Shown in pieces: positions 23,734 to 24,145 of a stretch of 24,145 nt of DNA (positions within the stretch are counted from its first letter, which is position 1; each line of letters opens with the position of its first letter). The notes beneath the pieces were generated by a model that ran no database searches, was not told the DNA's origin, and saw only the letters and a program-made list of their open reading frames with translations. The DNA is from a virus. Lineage: Duplodnaviria > Caudoviricetes. The translations under genes were made by a program, and so were the position numbers. Location: positions 1 through 24,145 of the IMG/VR virus record IMGVR_UViG_3300020468_000072; one strand, given 5' to 3'.

Positions 23734-24145
23734 ATTCCTCCTTCTGAGTAGCAACTTTACGTCTTTTGATGTAGATGTCCTCCATCTCTTTCTTGGCTAC
23801 TGGGAGGGCAAAGGTTAGTGCTAGGGCATCTGCTAAATCTGGTGACCCTGCTCCCTGTAATCTCTTCTTTATCTGATCCTTACTTTCCAATACTTTCCTA
23901 CCTACATTGTCGTACCAATATATCGGTGTTGCTAACTCTTGTTTGAGTGCGGTGTCGTTCGGTATTGCACCTCCCATCTCTATCCATTCTTTCATTAACC
24001 ACCACATCTCTGTCCTACGGTTAATGTATTGCTCTGGTTTGGTTGCCTTACCTCCAAATGGTATTTCTATTACGTCATATGACAACTGCCTTAGTCTGTC
24101 GATTACTCCACTACCTGCACCTGCATCACAGAACACTGCATCTGG
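23711..24145 (-). CDS. terL: Terminase large subunit, C-terminal nuclease domain (partial)
   Basis: Frame open to the right edge; FCDAGAGSGVIDRL, YINRRTEMW, LESKDQIKKR, SPDLADALALTFA. Confidence 0.9.
   Translation of the reverse strand, partial: PDAVFCDAGAGSGVIDRLRQLSYDVIEIPFGGKATKPEQYINRRTEMWWLMKEWIEMGGAIPNDTALKQELATPIYWYDNVGRKVLESKDQIKKRLQGAGSPDLADALALTFALPVAKKEMEDIYIKRRKVATQKEEYDPYTRM

Noticed and set aside
1-24145. Diversity-generating retroelement, as in BPP-1
   Set aside because: No reverse transcriptase or TR/VR repeat pair is visible; the fibre C-terminus lies outside the window, so a DGR elsewhere is not excluded.

Overview
AT-rich segment of a tailed-phage (podovirus-type) genome carrying the virion morphogenesis module, with all real genes on the minus strand. 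Gene order and protein features resemble Bordetella phage BPP-1/epsilon15-like podoviruses; a marine host is plausible but cannot be shown here. In transcription order (right to left): terminase large subunit C-terminus, AspH-like 2OG-Fe(II) hydroxylase, GNAT acetyltransferase, small virion protein, portal, a 120-aa protein, three small Lys-rich ORFs missed by the ORF track, a Bbp19-like protein, scaffold, major capsid protein, cement protein, a 97-aa protein, a terminator, tail adaptor, tail nozzle, three ejection proteins (188, 786 and 2805 aa), and a tail fibre running off the left edge. Most notable: (1) the 2805-aa ejection protein is a polyvalent cassette (ART-like, HhH-glycosylase-like, second ART-like, HExxH metallopeptidase) with x-[FL]-x-Q linkers, and it contains a nested +1-frame acidic ORF with a perfect Shine-Dalgarno lying over the second ART-like domain; (2) a scaffold-like AxxLY[G/S/P] peptide recurs at or near the C-termini of several head-region proteins, suggesting a capsid cargo-loading tag; (3) an exact 12-bp motif GTGTGACCGTAA followed by 16 bp and TAnnnT occurs four times, probably a phage-specific late promoter. 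All family assignments are by motif recognition and synteny, not database searches.
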